Positions 39,544 through 49,700 of a stretch of DNA of 64,000 bases are shown here, piece by piece. The stretch lies in NCBI GenBank assembly GCA_963777895.1, contig CAVZSF010000005.1, positions 1,159,949-1,223,948 on the forward strand. Direction: 5' to 3'. A program made the position numbers and the translations under genes. This DNA is from an uncultured Thermoleophilia bacterium (GTDB lineage: Bacteria > Actinomycetota > Thermoleophilia > UBA2241). The notes beneath the pieces are model-generated. The model was not told the DNA's origin. It saw only the letters and a program-made list of their open reading frames with translations, and ran no database searches. Every line of letters starts with the position of its first letter. Position 1 is the first letter of the stretch.

Positions 39544-39888
39544 TTGTCCATCATCGAGAACATCGAGCGTCAACAGCTGCGCGATGACGTGCCCCAGTTC
39601 AAGGCCGGGGACACGGTCAAGGTGCACTTCCGCGTGATCGAAGGCAACCGCCAGCGCATCCAGGTCTTCCAGGGCATCGTCATCAAGCGCCAGGGCCAGG
39701 GTGTGCGCGAGACCTTCACCGTGCGCAAGCAGTCCTTCGGCGTCGGCGTCGAGCGTACGTTCCCGGTCCATTCGCCGAAGATCGACAAGATCGAGGTGAC
39801 GGCGATCGGCGACGTGCGGCGCGCCAAGCTCTACTACCTGCGCCAGAAGGTCGGCAAGCAGGCGCGCGTCCGCGAGAAGCAGCGCTGA
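39544..39888 (+). CDS. rplS: 50S ribosomal protein L19
   Basis: The protein contains [29 protein letters not shown]. Confidence 0.9.
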   Translation: MSIIENIERQQLRDDVPQFKAGDTVKVHFRVIEGNRQRIQVFQGIVIKRQGQGVRETFTVRKQSFGVGVERTFPVHSPKIDKIEVTAIGDVRRAKLYYLRQKVGKQARVREKQR

Positions 39889-39917
39889 GCACCGCCCGCC
39901 GTCCCTAAGGTTCGACG

Positions 39918-40532
39918 GTGACTGAACCCAGCGGCGCGGCGGGCGTAACGCGTCCCGAAAGGGAGCCGCGCCGCAACACCCTTCTCGACTATGTGATCAT
40001 CGCGGTCGTCGCGATCGGTCTGGCGCTGGTCATCCAGGCCTTCCTCGTGAAGCCGTACCGCATCCCGTCGCCCTCCATGACGGACACGCTGCAGGTCGGC
40101 GACCGCGTCCTCGTCAACCGCGTGGTCTACCACCTGCGCGACCTCGAGCACCGCGACATCGTGGTCTTCCGTTACCCCCTCAACACCGACGTGGCCTTCA
40201 TCAAGCGCGTCGTCGGCCTGCCGGGCGACAAGCTGCAGGCGAAGGACGGCAAGCTGTGGGTCAACGGGGTCGCCCAGGACGAGTCCTACGTGCACAAGAC
40301 GAACGGCGTGACCGACGCGACCAACCCGGCCGGCGTCATCGCCGGCACGACGATGACCCACCCCTGGGCGCTCGACAACGAGTACACGGTGCCAGACGGA
40401 CACTTCTTCGTGATGGGCGACAACCGTCTCGACAGCGACGACAGCCGCGTGTGGGGGCCCGTGCCCATGGACGACCTCATCGGCGAGGCCTTCTTCATCT
40501 ACTGGCCGTTGGACCGCCTCGGCGTCGTCTAG
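39918..40532 (+). CDS. lepB: Signal peptidase I
   Basis: The protein contains SPSMTDTL (catalytic Ser), RVVGLPGD and GDNRLDSDDSR. Confidence 0.85.
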   Translation: MTEPSGAAGVTRPEREPRRNTLLDYVIIAVVAIGLALVIQAFLVKPYRIPSPSMTDTLQVGDRVLVNRVVYHLRDLEHRDIVVFRYPLNTDVAFIKRVVGLPGDKLQAKDGKLWVNGVAQDESYVHKTNGVTDATNPAGVIAGTTMTHPWALDNEYTVPDGHFFVMGDNRLDSDDSRVWGPVPMDDLIGEAFFIYWPLDRLGVV

Positions 40533-40545
40533 GCGGCGTGTTGCC

Positions 40546-41283
40546 ATGGGCCGTCACCGTCACCGGCCGTCGCCTTCCGGAGGGCGCCTCGTCGTCAACG
40601 AGCGCTTCGCCTTCGACCTGGAACGCTGCGGGGCGGCCGCGAGCGGCGGCTATCTGGTAGCCGGCGCCGACGAAGCCGGGCGCGGCTCCCTCGCCGGGCC
40701 GCTGGTCGCGGCCGCCGTCTGCTTCGACTACCGGGCCTGGAACAATCGCGACTACAAGGCGCTCGACGCGCTCAACGACTCGAAGCAGCTCGCCGAGGAA
40801 CGCCGCGAGCAGCTCTACGCCGAGGTCATCCGCAGAGCCAAGCGGATCGCCGTCGTCGCTTTCAGCCCGGCGACCATCGACGAGTGTGGCCTCCACGTCT
40901 GCAACCTGCGCGGCCTGGGCCAGGCGCTCGAGGCCCTGCAGATCGCCCCCGTCGCCGCCTTCACCGACGGCTTCCGCGTGCCCTCGTGCGCGCTCGAACA
41001 CGAAGCCGTGATCGGCGGCGACGGCCGCTCCGCGGCGATCGCCGCCGCCTCGGTCGTCGCCAAGGTCACCAGGGACCGGGTGATGCGCGTCCTGCACGAG
41101 CGCTTCCCGGTCTACGGGTTCGACCACAATGTGGGCTACGCGACGCCGTTCCACCAGGCGATGATCACCGAGCACGGCGTGTGCGAGCTCCATCGCCTCT
41201 CGTTCGATGCGACGAGCTATCGGCAGCTCGGCCTGGTCTTCGACGACGGCGAGCCCGTGGAAGGCGGCGTGCCGGCAGACTGA
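40546..41283 (+). CDS. rnhB: Ribonuclease HII
   Basis: The protein contains GADEAGRGSLAGPLVAAAV and DSKQL. Confidence 0.9.
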   Translation: MGRHRHRPSPSGGRLVVNERFAFDLERCGAAASGGYLVAGADEAGRGSLAGPLVAAAVCFDYRAWNNRDYKALDALNDSKQLAEERREQLYAEVIRRAKRIAVVAFSPATIDECGLHVCNLRGLGQALEALQIAPVAAFTDGFRVPSCALEHEAVIGGDGRSAAIAAASVVAKVTRDRVMRVLHERFPVYGFDHNVGYATPFHQAMITEHGVCELHRLSFDATSYRQLGLVFDDGEPVEGGVPAD

Positions 41284-41365
41284 CGCTGCCGGGCCCGCGA
41301 ACGTCACCGCGCGACCCCGATCGTCTCCGTTCCGCGGCGGCGAGTTCACGCCTAGGCTCATCATC

Positions 41366-41818
41366 ATGGGCGAGAACAAGCCAGAGCAGCAGCCGAAGCA
41401 CCCGTCGGGTCGTTCTGCCTGCAGGGGCACGGACGCCGCCCGGCCGGCGAGCCCTACGCTGCGCCTGGGCCGGGCGGCCGAGCAGGCGGCGGCCGACTAC
41501 CTGCAAGGCGCCGGCTGGCGCCTGCTCGGTCGCAACGTTCGGGTCGGCAGGGGAGAGCTCGACATCATCGCGCGGCGCGGGCAGGTGCTGGCCTTCGTCG
41601 AGGTGAAGGCGCGCCGCACACGGACGTGCGGCGCGCCCGAAGACGCCGTGTCGCCCAAGAAGCAGCATCAGATCGCGCGCCTCGCCGAGCTCTGGCTCGC
41701 GACACGTCCCTGGGCGCTGCGCGGCGTCGCCGACGTGCGTTTCGACATCGTGGCCGTCGACCTCTCGGCCGGTCCTGCGGCCGTGCGCCATCTTCCCGCC
41801 GCCTTCATGGCTTCGTGA
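41366..41818 (+). CDS. yraN: YraN/UPF0102 family endonuclease
   Basis: The protein contains AADYLQGAGWRLLGRNVRVGRGELDIIA...FVEVKAR. Its stop overlaps the comM GTG. Confidence 0.7.
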   Translation: MGENKPEQQPKHPSGRSACRGTDAARPASPTLRLGRAAEQAAADYLQGAGWRLLGRNVRVGRGELDIIARRGQVLAFVEVKARRTRTCGAPEDAVSPKKQHQIARLAELWLATRPWALRGVADVRFDIVAVDLSAGPAAVRHLPAAFMAS

Positions 41819-43425
41819 CCCTCGCCTGCGTCATGAGCGAGGCTCTGACGGGCCTAGAGGGACACGCGGTGGACGTGGAGGCGCACGTCGCAGCCGCCGC
41901 CCCGGCCTTCAGCATCGTAGGCCTGCCCGACGTCGCCGTGCAGGAGAGCCGCGAGCGGGTACGCGCCGCGATCGTGAACTCGTCCTACGAGTTCCCGTCG
42001 CGGCGCATCACGGTGAACCTCGCCCCGGCCGACGTGCGCAAGGAAGGTCCCTCCTTCGACCTGCCGGTGGCCCTGGCGCTCCTGATCGCCACCGGGCAGC
42101 TCGCCGTCAACGGCGGGGAGAAGGGTGGACGCGCCAAGGGACGCCGCGAGCAGCCGGCGCTGCAGGCACGGGAGCAAACCCAGGCGCCGCAGATCGCCGC
42201 CGTCGGTGAGCTGGGTCTCGACGGCACGCTGCGCCCCGTCGCCGGCGTCCTGGCCGTGGCCGAGAGCCTGCGGCGACGGGGCGTCCGGGCTCTGCTCGTC
42301 CCGGACGAGAACGCGGCCGAGGCGGCCCTCGTCGAGGGCCTGGCCGTCTACCCCGTGCACTCGCTGCGCGAAGCCGCAGCGGTCCTCGAAGGCGGCGACG
42401 ACGGCCCGCCTCGGGCGTCCGTCGTCGATGCTGCAGCCCTGCTGCAGCACGGGTCTCGCGGCGACGCCGACTGGTCGGACATCATCGGGCAGCAGGCGGT
42501 GAAGCGCGCCCTCGAGATCGCCGCCGCCGGGGCCCACAACGTGCTCATGTGCGGCCCGCCCGGCGCCGGCAAGACCATGCTCGCCCGCCGGCTGCCCGGC
42601 ATCCTGCCCGGAATGGCGGTCGGCGAGGCCATCGAGGTGACCCGCATCTACAGCGTCGCCGGCTTGCTGCCCGTCGGCCAGGCGCTGGTCGCGGAGCGCC
42701 CCTTCCGCGCCCCGCACCACACCATCTCGAGCGCCGGGCTCGTGGGCGGCGGTTCGACGCCCAGGCCCGGCGAGGTGAGCCTCGCCCACCTGGGCGTCCT
42801 CTTCCTCGATGAGTTCCCCGAGTTCCGTCTGTCGGCGCTCGAGGGCTTGCGACAGCCGCTCGAGGACGGCGAGGTGACGATCTCACGCGCTCTGAGCGCC
42901 GTACGCTTCCCGGCGCGCATCATGCTGGTCGCGGCGATGAACCCGTGCCCGTGCGGCTATCTGGGCGACCGTGAGCGCGAGTGTTCGTGTCCCTCGTATC
43001 GCGTGCGCCAGTATCGTTCCAGGCTCAGCGGCCCCTTGCTCGACCGCATCGACCTGCGCATCGAGGTGCCGCGCGTGCCGCCGAAGGAGCGGCGCGCGGG
43101 ATTCGACGGCGCCGAGGACTCGGCGCGGGTGCGGGCCCGCGTGAGCGAGGCGCGCAGCCGTCAGTCGGCGCGTCTCGCCGGCACGGGCACCTACGCCAAC
43201 GCGCATCTGACGCCGCAGTTGATGCGTCGCGTCTGTCACCTGGATCGCGCCGCCGTCGACACGCTCGACCGAGCCTACGAGCGCCTGCGCTTGAGTGCGC
43301 GCGCCTGCGACAGGGTCGTCAAGGTCGCGCAGACGGTCGCCGACCTCGAAGGCTCAGCGACGATCTCGGCCGCGCACCTCGCCGAGGCCCTGGCCTACCG
43401 TGTCCGCAGCGCCCGACCGTTCTGA
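41815..43425 (+). CDS. comM: Mg-chelatase-like AAA+ ATPase YifB/ComM
   Basis: The protein has an N-terminal Lon-like domain (ITVNLAPADVRKEG) and an AAA+ domain (MCGPPGAGKTMLARRLP), with a C-terminal Zn-finger-like region. Confidence 0.85.
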   Translation: MTLACVMSEALTGLEGHAVDVEAHVAAAAPAFSIVGLPDVAVQESRERVRAAIVNSSYEFPSRRITVNLAPADVRKEGPSFDLPVALALLIATGQLAVNGGEKGGRAKGRREQPALQAREQTQAPQIAAVGELGLDGTLRPVAGVLAVAESLRRRGVRALLVPDENAAEAALVEGLAVYPVHSLREAAAVLEGGDDGPPRASVVDAAALLQHGSRGDADWSDIIGQQAVKRALEIAAAGAHNVLMCGPPGAGKTMLARRLPGILPGMAVGEAIEVTRIYSVAGLLPVGQALVAERPFRAPHHTISSAGLVGGGSTPRPGEVSLAHLGVLFLDEFPEFRLSALEGLRQPLEDGEVTISRALSAVRFPARIMLVAAMNPCPCGYLGDRERECSCPSYRVRQYRSRLSGPLLDRIDLRIEVPRVPPKERRAGFDGAEDSARVRARVSEARSRQSARLAGTGTYANAHLTPQLMRRVCHLDRAAVDTLDRAYERLRLSARACDRVVKVAQTVADLEGSATISAAHLAEALAYRVRSARPF

Positions 43426-44704
43426 GGCTGGTCTGCGCGAGTTGCGCCGGCGCGCGCTTTGGCTCGCCGAGCTCGCCACGGCGCGCCCGGGCTTCGTCGG
43501 GCAGTACGTCAAGAAATTCGGACCCCTGCCCGAGTCGCTGCGCGTGTCGCCGCGGCAGGTGGCGGGCGCCTTCAGGGGCAAGTCCGGGCAGGGTGGCGAG
43601 AGCCTGTTCGGCGCCGTGCTGGCTGCGGGCCCGCCCTCCGCGATAGAGCGGCTGCTCAAACCGCCGGAGGGCGCAGCGGATCGGCGTACCACGGGAGGTG
43701 AGTGTAGGCCGGGGAGCTCGGCGCACGACGCCGGCCGCTGGGGAGGGCCGCGCGGGGGGCGCCTCGAGACGGGCGTCGTCACCTGCGTCGACGAGGCGTA
43801 TCCCGAACGGCTCCGGCAGCTCGGCGACCCGCCGCCGGCGCTCTTCCTACGCGGGTGTATCGACGAAGGGCTGAGTGCCTTGCGCGAGCGCACGGTGGTC
43901 GCCGTCGTCGGCTCGCGGAGCCCCTCTCCCTACGGTCGCGAGATGGCGGCGGCGCTCGGGCGCGACCTGGCTGCGGCGGGGGTGCTGGTCGTCAGCGGCA
44001 TGGCGCTCGGTATCGACGCCGTGGCGCAGCAAGGGGCGCTCGATGAGGGCGCCGCTCTTGCCACCGTCGGCGTGCTCGGGTGCGGGGCCGACCTCGAGCA
44101 TCCTCCCGGCAACCGGCGCCTGTTCGCCCAGGTGCGTTCCCGTGGCCTGCTCGTCTCGGAGTTCGTCTGGGGCGCGCTTCCACTGCCCTGGCGCTTCCCG
44201 TGCCGCAATCGCGTGCTGGCCGCGCTGGCGGAAGCCGTCGTCGTGGTCGAAGGAGGCGAGCGCAGCGGCGCCCGCATCACCGCCCGGCACGCCCTGGAGC
44301 TCGGCCGCGAGGTGCTTGCCGTGCCGGGCGAGGCGGGGCGCCGCCTCGCCGCGTGCCCGCATCAGCTGCTTCGCGACGGAGCCGCTCTCTGCGAGTCGGC
44401 CCAGGACGTCTTCGAAGCGCTTCGGTTCACGTCGCGCGGTGTGAGCTGGGCGAACCCCATGGCGGGTGAGCGGCCGGCGTCTGAGGGTGCGGGCGCCGCC
44501 GCCGGCGAGCCCGCCCTTCTCTCGAGCGGTCTCGCTTCGCGGCTGCTTGCGGCGCTCGACGCCGGCCGTCGCACTCCCGACGAACTGGCACGGCTGCTGC
44601 AGCGGCCGGTCGGGGCCGTGCTGGCGAGCCTCACCGAGCTCGAGCTCGCCGGCTACGTCGCGATCGACGGCGACTGCTACCGGCGCCGCAGGGGCCGCCA
44701 CTGA
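43400..44704 (+). CDS. dprA: DNA processing protein DprA
   Basis: The protein has a Rossmann-like DprA domain (VVGSRSPSPYGREMAAALGRDLAAAGVLVVSGMALGIDAVAQQGAL) and a C-terminal winged-helix domain. Confidence 0.8.
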   Translation: MSAAPDRSEAGLRELRRRALWLAELATARPGFVGQYVKKFGPLPESLRVSPRQVAGAFRGKSGQGGESLFGAVLAAGPPSAIERLLKPPEGAADRRTTGGECRPGSSAHDAGRWGGPRGGRLETGVVTCVDEAYPERLRQLGDPPPALFLRGCIDEGLSALRERTVVAVVGSRSPSPYGREMAAALGRDLAAAGVLVVSGMALGIDAVAQQGALDEGAALATVGVLGCGADLEHPPGNRRLFAQVRSRGLLVSEFVWGALPLPWRFPCRNRVLAALAEAVVVVEGGERSGARITARHALELGREVLAVPGEAGRRLAACPHQLLRDGAALCESAQDVFEALRFTSRGVSWANPMAGERPASEGAGAAAGEPALLSSGLASRLLAALDAGRRTPDELARLLQRPVGAVLASLTELELAGYVAIDGDCYRRRRGRH

Positions 44705-44779
44705 GCGCTCCGGCATAGCCGCGCGTAGCGCTGGTGCCGGGCGCGAGTACACTGAGACCACCGTGTCTCGCAGTGTGGC

Positions 44780-46009
44780 ATGTCGATGATCCCGCACCGG
44801 TTCATCCGTCTCGCATCGCTCACGACGTTCTTGATCCTCGTGACGGCATGGTCGGCAGCCTGCGGCCACGACCAAGGGCACACGGGCCCCTCTTCCGTTC
44901 CTCAGGGGAGCCCTCCTTCGGCCTCCAGCACCCCGGGGTCCCCGGCAAGCCAGCCGGAGGAGACGCCGTCCTCCCCGAGCCCTCCGTCATCTCCTCCGCT
45001 CGCAGACCGTCAGCTTGCCGGGCAGCGCGTCGTCTTCAGTTACGGGGGGGCCGTCCCGCCCGCCGGCCTGCTCTCCGCGATCAGGGCCGGCGAGGTCGCC
45101 GGGGTGATCTTCTTCAAGGCCAACATCACGAGCCGGGCGCAGCTTCGTCGGGTGGTCGCCCTGCTGCAGGACGCGGCGGCACAAAGCCCGACCAAGGAGC
45201 CGCTGCTGCTGATGACAGACCAGGAGGGCGGGGCGATCCGCCGTCTGGCGGGGGCACCACTGCTGAGCGAGAAGGCGATCGGACGATCGCCGGACGGCGC
45301 CGCCCTCGCGGCCGAAGCGGGGCGCGGGGCGGCGCTGAACCTTGAAGACGTCGGGCTGAACGTGAACCTGAGCCCGGTCGTCGACGTCTACCGGGCGCCG
45401 GGTGACTTCGTGGACGAGTACGGCCGCTCTTACAGCATGGACCCCAGCGTCGTGGCGTCGCTCGGGACGAGCTTCGTCGTCGGGCAGCAGCGCGCCGGCG
45501 TCGCGGCCACGGCGAAGCACTTTCCCGGGCTCGGCGCCGCGTCGTTGGCGCAGAACACGGACGAGCGTCCGGTGACGCTGGGTGTTCCACTGGGCACGCT
45601 GAGGACCGTCGATGAGCGGCCCTACCGATCTGCGATCGCCGCAGGGGTACGTCTCGTGATGGTGTCGTGGGCGACCTATCCGGCGCTGGATGCCGCGCGA
45701 CCCGCGGGCCTCTCGCCGGTCATCGTGCGGCAGGAGCTGCGCGGGCGGCTCGGCTTCACCGGCGTGACGATCACCGACTCGCTGGGCGCCGGCGCCCTGT
45801 CGGGTCTCGGCGGCACGGCCGAGCGAGCAGTGCTCGCCGCCGGAGCCGGCATGGATCTGCTGCTCTGTGCCGACAAGCGTGCCAGCGAGGGGATGAGCGC
45901 GGTGAAGGCGCTCGCCGCGGCACTGGCGAGCGGCCGCCTCGACCGAGAGGCTTTCGCGGCCTCGTCCGCCCGCGTGAGCGCCCTGAGGTCGGTCCTGCAG
46001 CAGGACTGA
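44780..46009 (+). CDS. Secreted lipoprotein, glycoside hydrolase family 3 (beta-N-acetylhexosaminidase NagZ-like)
   Basis: A signal peptide with a lipobox (LVTAWSAAC) is followed by a Pro/Ser-rich linker and GH3 motifs (KHFPGLG, ITDSLGA). Confidence 0.7.
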   Translation: MSMIPHRFIRLASLTTFLILVTAWSAACGHDQGHTGPSSVPQGSPPSASSTPGSPASQPEETPSSPSPPSSPPLADRQLAGQRVVFSYGGAVPPAGLLSAIRAGEVAGVIFFKANITSRAQLRRVVALLQDAAAQSPTKEPLLLMTDQEGGAIRRLAGAPLLSEKAIGRSPDGAALAAEAGRGAALNLEDVGLNVNLSPVVDVYRAPGDFVDEYGRSYSMDPSVVASLGTSFVVGQQRAGVAATAKHFPGLGAASLAQNTDERPVTLGVPLGTLRTVDERPYRSAIAAGVRLVMVSWATYPALDAARPAGLSPVIVRQELRGRLGFTGVTITDSLGAGALSGLGGTAERAVLAAGAGMDLLLCADKRASEGMSAVKALAAALASGRLDREAFAASSARVSALRSVLQQD

Positions 46010-46049
46010 CGCTCGCTCCCGTTGAAAGGAAGGGCGCGCGTCTCACGCT

Positions 46050-47069
46050 GTGGGGCGCGCGCTACGACGACGAGGGGAGTACCAGCGCCGGATGGGGACC
46101 GGAGCTTCATCGGCCTACCCGCAGCCGGCTTCGGCGACCGACGAGACGGCTCGCGATGCCGTGCGCCGTGCCGCCGACCCGGAGGAGCACGGCGCACGCT
46201 TCCTGCGCGAGATCGAGGTGCGCGGCGCCAGCGCGGCCACACGCCGCTCTTACAGTGCCGACCTGCGGCAACTCTACGAGTGGCTCGCGCCGCGCGGTCT
46301 GACCGTCACGGCCCTGGACCGCAAGACCGTGCGCGTCTTCGCCGGCGATCTCGGCCGTCGCGGCTACGCGCCGGCCACAATGGCGCGCAAGCTCTCGACG
46401 CTGCGGGGCCTCTGCCGCCATCTCGCGGAGCGCGGCGTGATCGGCGCCGACCCGACCCGGCAGTTGCCGGGTCCCCGTCGGCGCCGCCGTCTGCCGCGCA
46501 TCCTCTCGCAGGCCGACGTGGGCCTGCTGCTTGACGCGGCCTCCGGCCGTGAGCCTCTGGAGCTGCGCGACCGTCTCGCGCTCGAGTTGCTGTACGGCTG
46601 CGGGCTGCGCAGCCAGGAACTGGTCGACCTGGCGATGGCGGACGTGAACGCCGGCGCGGCGGAGCTGACCGTGCACGGCAAGGGCGGCAAGACGCGTATC
46701 GTGCCCGTGGGGGAGGAGGCCGCGGCCGCGCTGCGGCGGTACCTCGCGCGCGGCCGCGGCCTCCTCTCGCCCGGCGCCGACGGTCGCCTCGCGGGCCAGC
46801 CGCTATTGCTCTCGCGCTCGGGTCGCGCCCTGCTCACATCGGACGTCCGTCGTATTCTGGTAAAATACTGCCACCTTGCAGGGATAGAGCCGGCGTCGCC
46901 CCACACGTTGCGGCACGCGTACGCCACGCACATGCTCGAGAGGGGGGCCGACCTCCGTGCCATCCAGGAGCTCCTGGGCCACGCTTCCGTCGCCACCACA
47001 CAGGTCTATACGCACGTCAGCGGCGCGCACTTGCGGCGTGTCTACGACCTGCATCATCCGAGGGCCTGA
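46050..47069 (+). CDS. xerC: Tyrosine site-specific recombinase XerC
   Basis: The protein contains LRHAYATHMLERGADLRAIQELLGHASVATTQVYTHV. The start may be the later Met at 46092. Confidence 0.85.
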   Translation: MGRALRRRGEYQRRMGTGASSAYPQPASATDETARDAVRRAADPEEHGARFLREIEVRGASAATRRSYSADLRQLYEWLAPRGLTVTALDRKTVRVFAGDLGRRGYAPATMARKLSTLRGLCRHLAERGVIGADPTRQLPGPRRRRRLPRILSQADVGLLLDAASGREPLELRDRLALELLYGCGLRSQELVDLAMADVNAGAAELTVHGKGGKTRIVPVGEEAAAALRRYLARGRGLLSPGADGRLAGQPLLLSRSGRALLTSDVRRILVKYCHLAGIEPASPHTLRHAYATHMLERGADLRAIQELLGHASVATTQVYTHVSGAHLRRVYDLHHPRA

Positions 47070-47258
47070 GATGGGAGGCGCGCAGGTGAGGACGACGATG
47101 GCCCGCGTGATCGCGGAGGCGTGCACGGCGGACCGCAGGCCCAACCCAGGCGCCGTGTGGCTCGCGCCGCTCGCCGACCATCGGCTGGAGAGCGCCCCAG
47201 ACACCGAGACCAGACCGTCGTGCCCGCAGGCCCGGCCTGGTGGGGAGGAGCTCCGCTC

Positions 47259-48050
47259 GTGAGCCGCCTCGACGAGGACATGGTGCGCGAGCTCTGGGGC
47301 CGCTACAAGTTCAGCGGCGACATGAAGGCACGGGACCGGCTCATCCTGGCCTACTCGCCGCTCGTCAAGTACGTGGCGGGCAGGATGGGGAACGGCCTGC
47401 CCTCGCACATCGAAGAGGCCGACCTGATCAGCTACGGCCTGCTCGGCCTCATCAGCGCGCTCGAGCGCTTCGATCCGGCGCGCGAGATCAAGTTCGAGAC
47501 GTACGCGATCTCGCGCATCAAGGGCTCCATCATCGACGAGCTCCGTTCGCTCGACTGGGTGCCGCGCTCCGTGCGCAGCAAGGCCCGCGAGATCGAGAAG
47601 GTGAACACGCTGCTGGAGCATCGCCTGCAGCGCGTCCCGACCGACGCCGAGATCGCCGCCGAGCTCGGCATCTCCGAGGACGAGTTCCAGCAGTCGCTCA
47701 CGCAGATCTCGAACACGTCCATCGTCGCCCTCGACGAGCTCTGGGCGATCTCCGGCTCCGACGGCGACCAGGCGTCGCTCATCGACACGCTCGAGGACCC
47801 GAAGGCGCACGACCCGTCCCGCATGCTCGACCTGAGCGAGATGAAGACACGCCTGGCAGCGGCCATCGACGCCCTGCCCGACCGCGAGAAGATCGTCATC
47901 GCGCTCTACTACTACGAGAACCTGACCCTGCGCGAGATCGGCGAGGTCCTGGGCGTCACTGAGTCGCGCGTCTCGCAGCTGCACACCAAGGCCATCCTGC
48001 GCCTGAAGGGCCGGCTGCGCGACGAGATCGAGCCGGCGGCGATCGGCTAG
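47259..48050 (+). CDS. Sigma-28 family RNA polymerase sigma factor (FliA/WhiG/SigD-like)
   Basis: The protein has regions 2-4 (DLISYGLLGLISALERFDP, and a C-terminal helix-turn-helix LTLREIGEVLGVTESRVSQLH). The GTG start is preceded by GGGGAGGAG. Confidence 0.8.
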   Translation: MSRLDEDMVRELWGRYKFSGDMKARDRLILAYSPLVKYVAGRMGNGLPSHIEEADLISYGLLGLISALERFDPAREIKFETYAISRIKGSIIDELRSLDWVPRSVRSKAREIEKVNTLLEHRLQRVPTDAEIAAELGISEDEFQQSLTQISNTSIVALDELWAISGSDGDQASLIDTLEDPKAHDPSRMLDLSEMKTRLAAAIDALPDREKIVIALYYYENLTLREIGEVLGVTESRVSQLHTKAILRLKGRLRDEIEPAAIG

Positions 48051-48058
48051 ACCCGCGC

Positions 48059-48096
48059 GCTCGGCCCGACCGGTGGCGCTCGGCCCGACCGGTGGC
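48059..48096. repeat. 19 bp tandem repeat, two copies (gctcggcccgaccggtggc), directly after the sigma factor stop
   Basis: The repeat is read directly from the sequence. Confidence 0.5.
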
Positions 48097-48145
48097 GCTC
48101 CGCCAGGCGGCGGCGAGCCTCGCTCGACGCCTCCGCCCAGCACAC

Positions 48146-48157
48146 TTGTGCTAGACT
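48146..48157 (+). promoter_or_regulatory. Extended -10 promoter TTGTGCTAGACT for rpsB (leader of about 135 nt containing a 9 bp-stem hairpin ggtacgcgg...ccgcgtacc)
   Basis: The motif matches the promoter family seen elsewhere in this window. Confidence 0.35.
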
Positions 48158-48290
48158 AGCCAGCCGTTATCCACCCCGACCCGATGGGGCCACGGTACGC
48201 GGCGGTGCCCGCAAGGGATTCCGCGTACCCCCGTCGGCAGCATCGGCCGCGCCGCCAGGCCCGGCCCCATAACCGACAGGAGGATCGCGC

Positions 48291-49645
48291 ATGCCTGCCA
48301 CGCAGAAGGACGTCGCGAGCATGAAGGAACTGCTCACGAGCGGCGTCCACTTCGGCCACCAGACGCGCCGCTGGAACCCCAAGATGAAGTCGTACATCTT
48401 CGGCGAACGCGGCGGCATCTACATTATCGACCTGCAGCAGACGTCGGCTCTTCTCGACGAGTCGTACGCCTTTCTCAAGCGCACCGCCGAGCGCGGCGGC
48501 AGCGTCCTGTTCGTCGGCACCAAGAAGCAGTGCCAGGAGAGCATCGTCGAGCAGGCCGAGCGCGTCGGCATGCCCTACGTCTCGAACCGCTGGCTCGGCG
48601 GCCTCCTCACCAACTACGCGACGCTCTCCAAGCGCATCAAGCGCATGCATGAGCTGCGCCAGTTGCAGGAGGACGGCTCGCTCGACCTGCTGCCGACTCG
48701 CGAGAGCATGAAGCTGCGCGGCGACCTGCGCAAGCTCGAGCAGAACCTCGGCGGCGTGAAGGGCATGGACCGTCTGCCCGCCGCCGTCTTCGTGGTCGAT
48801 CCGCGCAAGGAGCAGATCGTCGTCAAGGAAGCGCGCAAGCTGAAGATCCCGATCGTCGCCTTGGTCGACACGAACTGCGACCCCGACGAGGTCGACTTCG
48901 TGATCCCGGGCAACGACGACGCCATCCGCAGTTGCGGCCTCATCGTGCGTGTCATCGCCGACGCCGTGGCGGAGGGCCGCCAGTTGCTGACCGAGGCCGA
49001 GATGAAGGCCGAGGCCGAGCGCAAGGCGGCCGAAGAGGCCGCCATCGCCGAGGCTGTGGCCGCGGCCGAGGCGGCCGCCGCCGAGGCCGCCGCCGCTGAG
49101 GCCAAGGCGGCCGAAGAGGCCGCCAAGGCCGAGCCCGTCGCCGCGAAGCCCGAGCCGCCGAAGAAGACTGAGGCGCCGCGCGGCGACGATCGCGTGAAGG
49201 CGGAGGCAAAGCCTGAGGTCAAGGCGGAGGCAAAGCCGGAGGCGAAGGCTGAGGCCAAGCCGGAGCCAAGGCTGAGGCCAAGCCCGCCGAGAGGCCGAAG
49301 AAGACCGAGCCTGAGACCAAGGAGCCGGCCCCGCCCAAGGCGGAGAAGCCGGCGAACGCGAAGGTTGGCGAGCCCGCGAAGGCCGAGGAGCCGGCGAAGG
49401 CGGAGAAGCCGAAGGCTGAAAAGCCCGCCAAGCCGAAGGCCGAGAAGACCGACGAGAAGCCGGCCGAGGTCAAGGCCGACGAGAAGCCCGCCAAGGCGAA
49501 GGCCGAGAAGACTGACGAGAAGCCGGCCGAGGTCAAGGCCGACGAGAAGCCCGCCAAGGCAAAGGCCGAGAAGGCAGAGGCCAAGGTGGAGGAGAAGGCT
49601 GAGGCCGAGCCCGCCGAGGACAAGCCGGCCGAGGCCAAGGACTGA
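48291..49645 (+). CDS. rpsB: 30S ribosomal protein S2 with a Lys/Ala/Glu-rich repeat tail of about 190 aa; apparent frameshift near 49265 inside the repeats
   Basis: The S2 core ([13 protein letters not shown]...) is in frame 0. The tail AKPAERPKK...[25 protein letters not shown]...AKD reads in frame +2 and ends at TGA 49643..49645, whereas frame 0 turns to nonsense ([13 protein letters not shown]). Confidence 0.85.
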
Positions 49646-49700
49646 CGCACAGAGACTGACGACGGCGTCCCCGCGCCGTACCTGACGGAAGGAACGAGCA

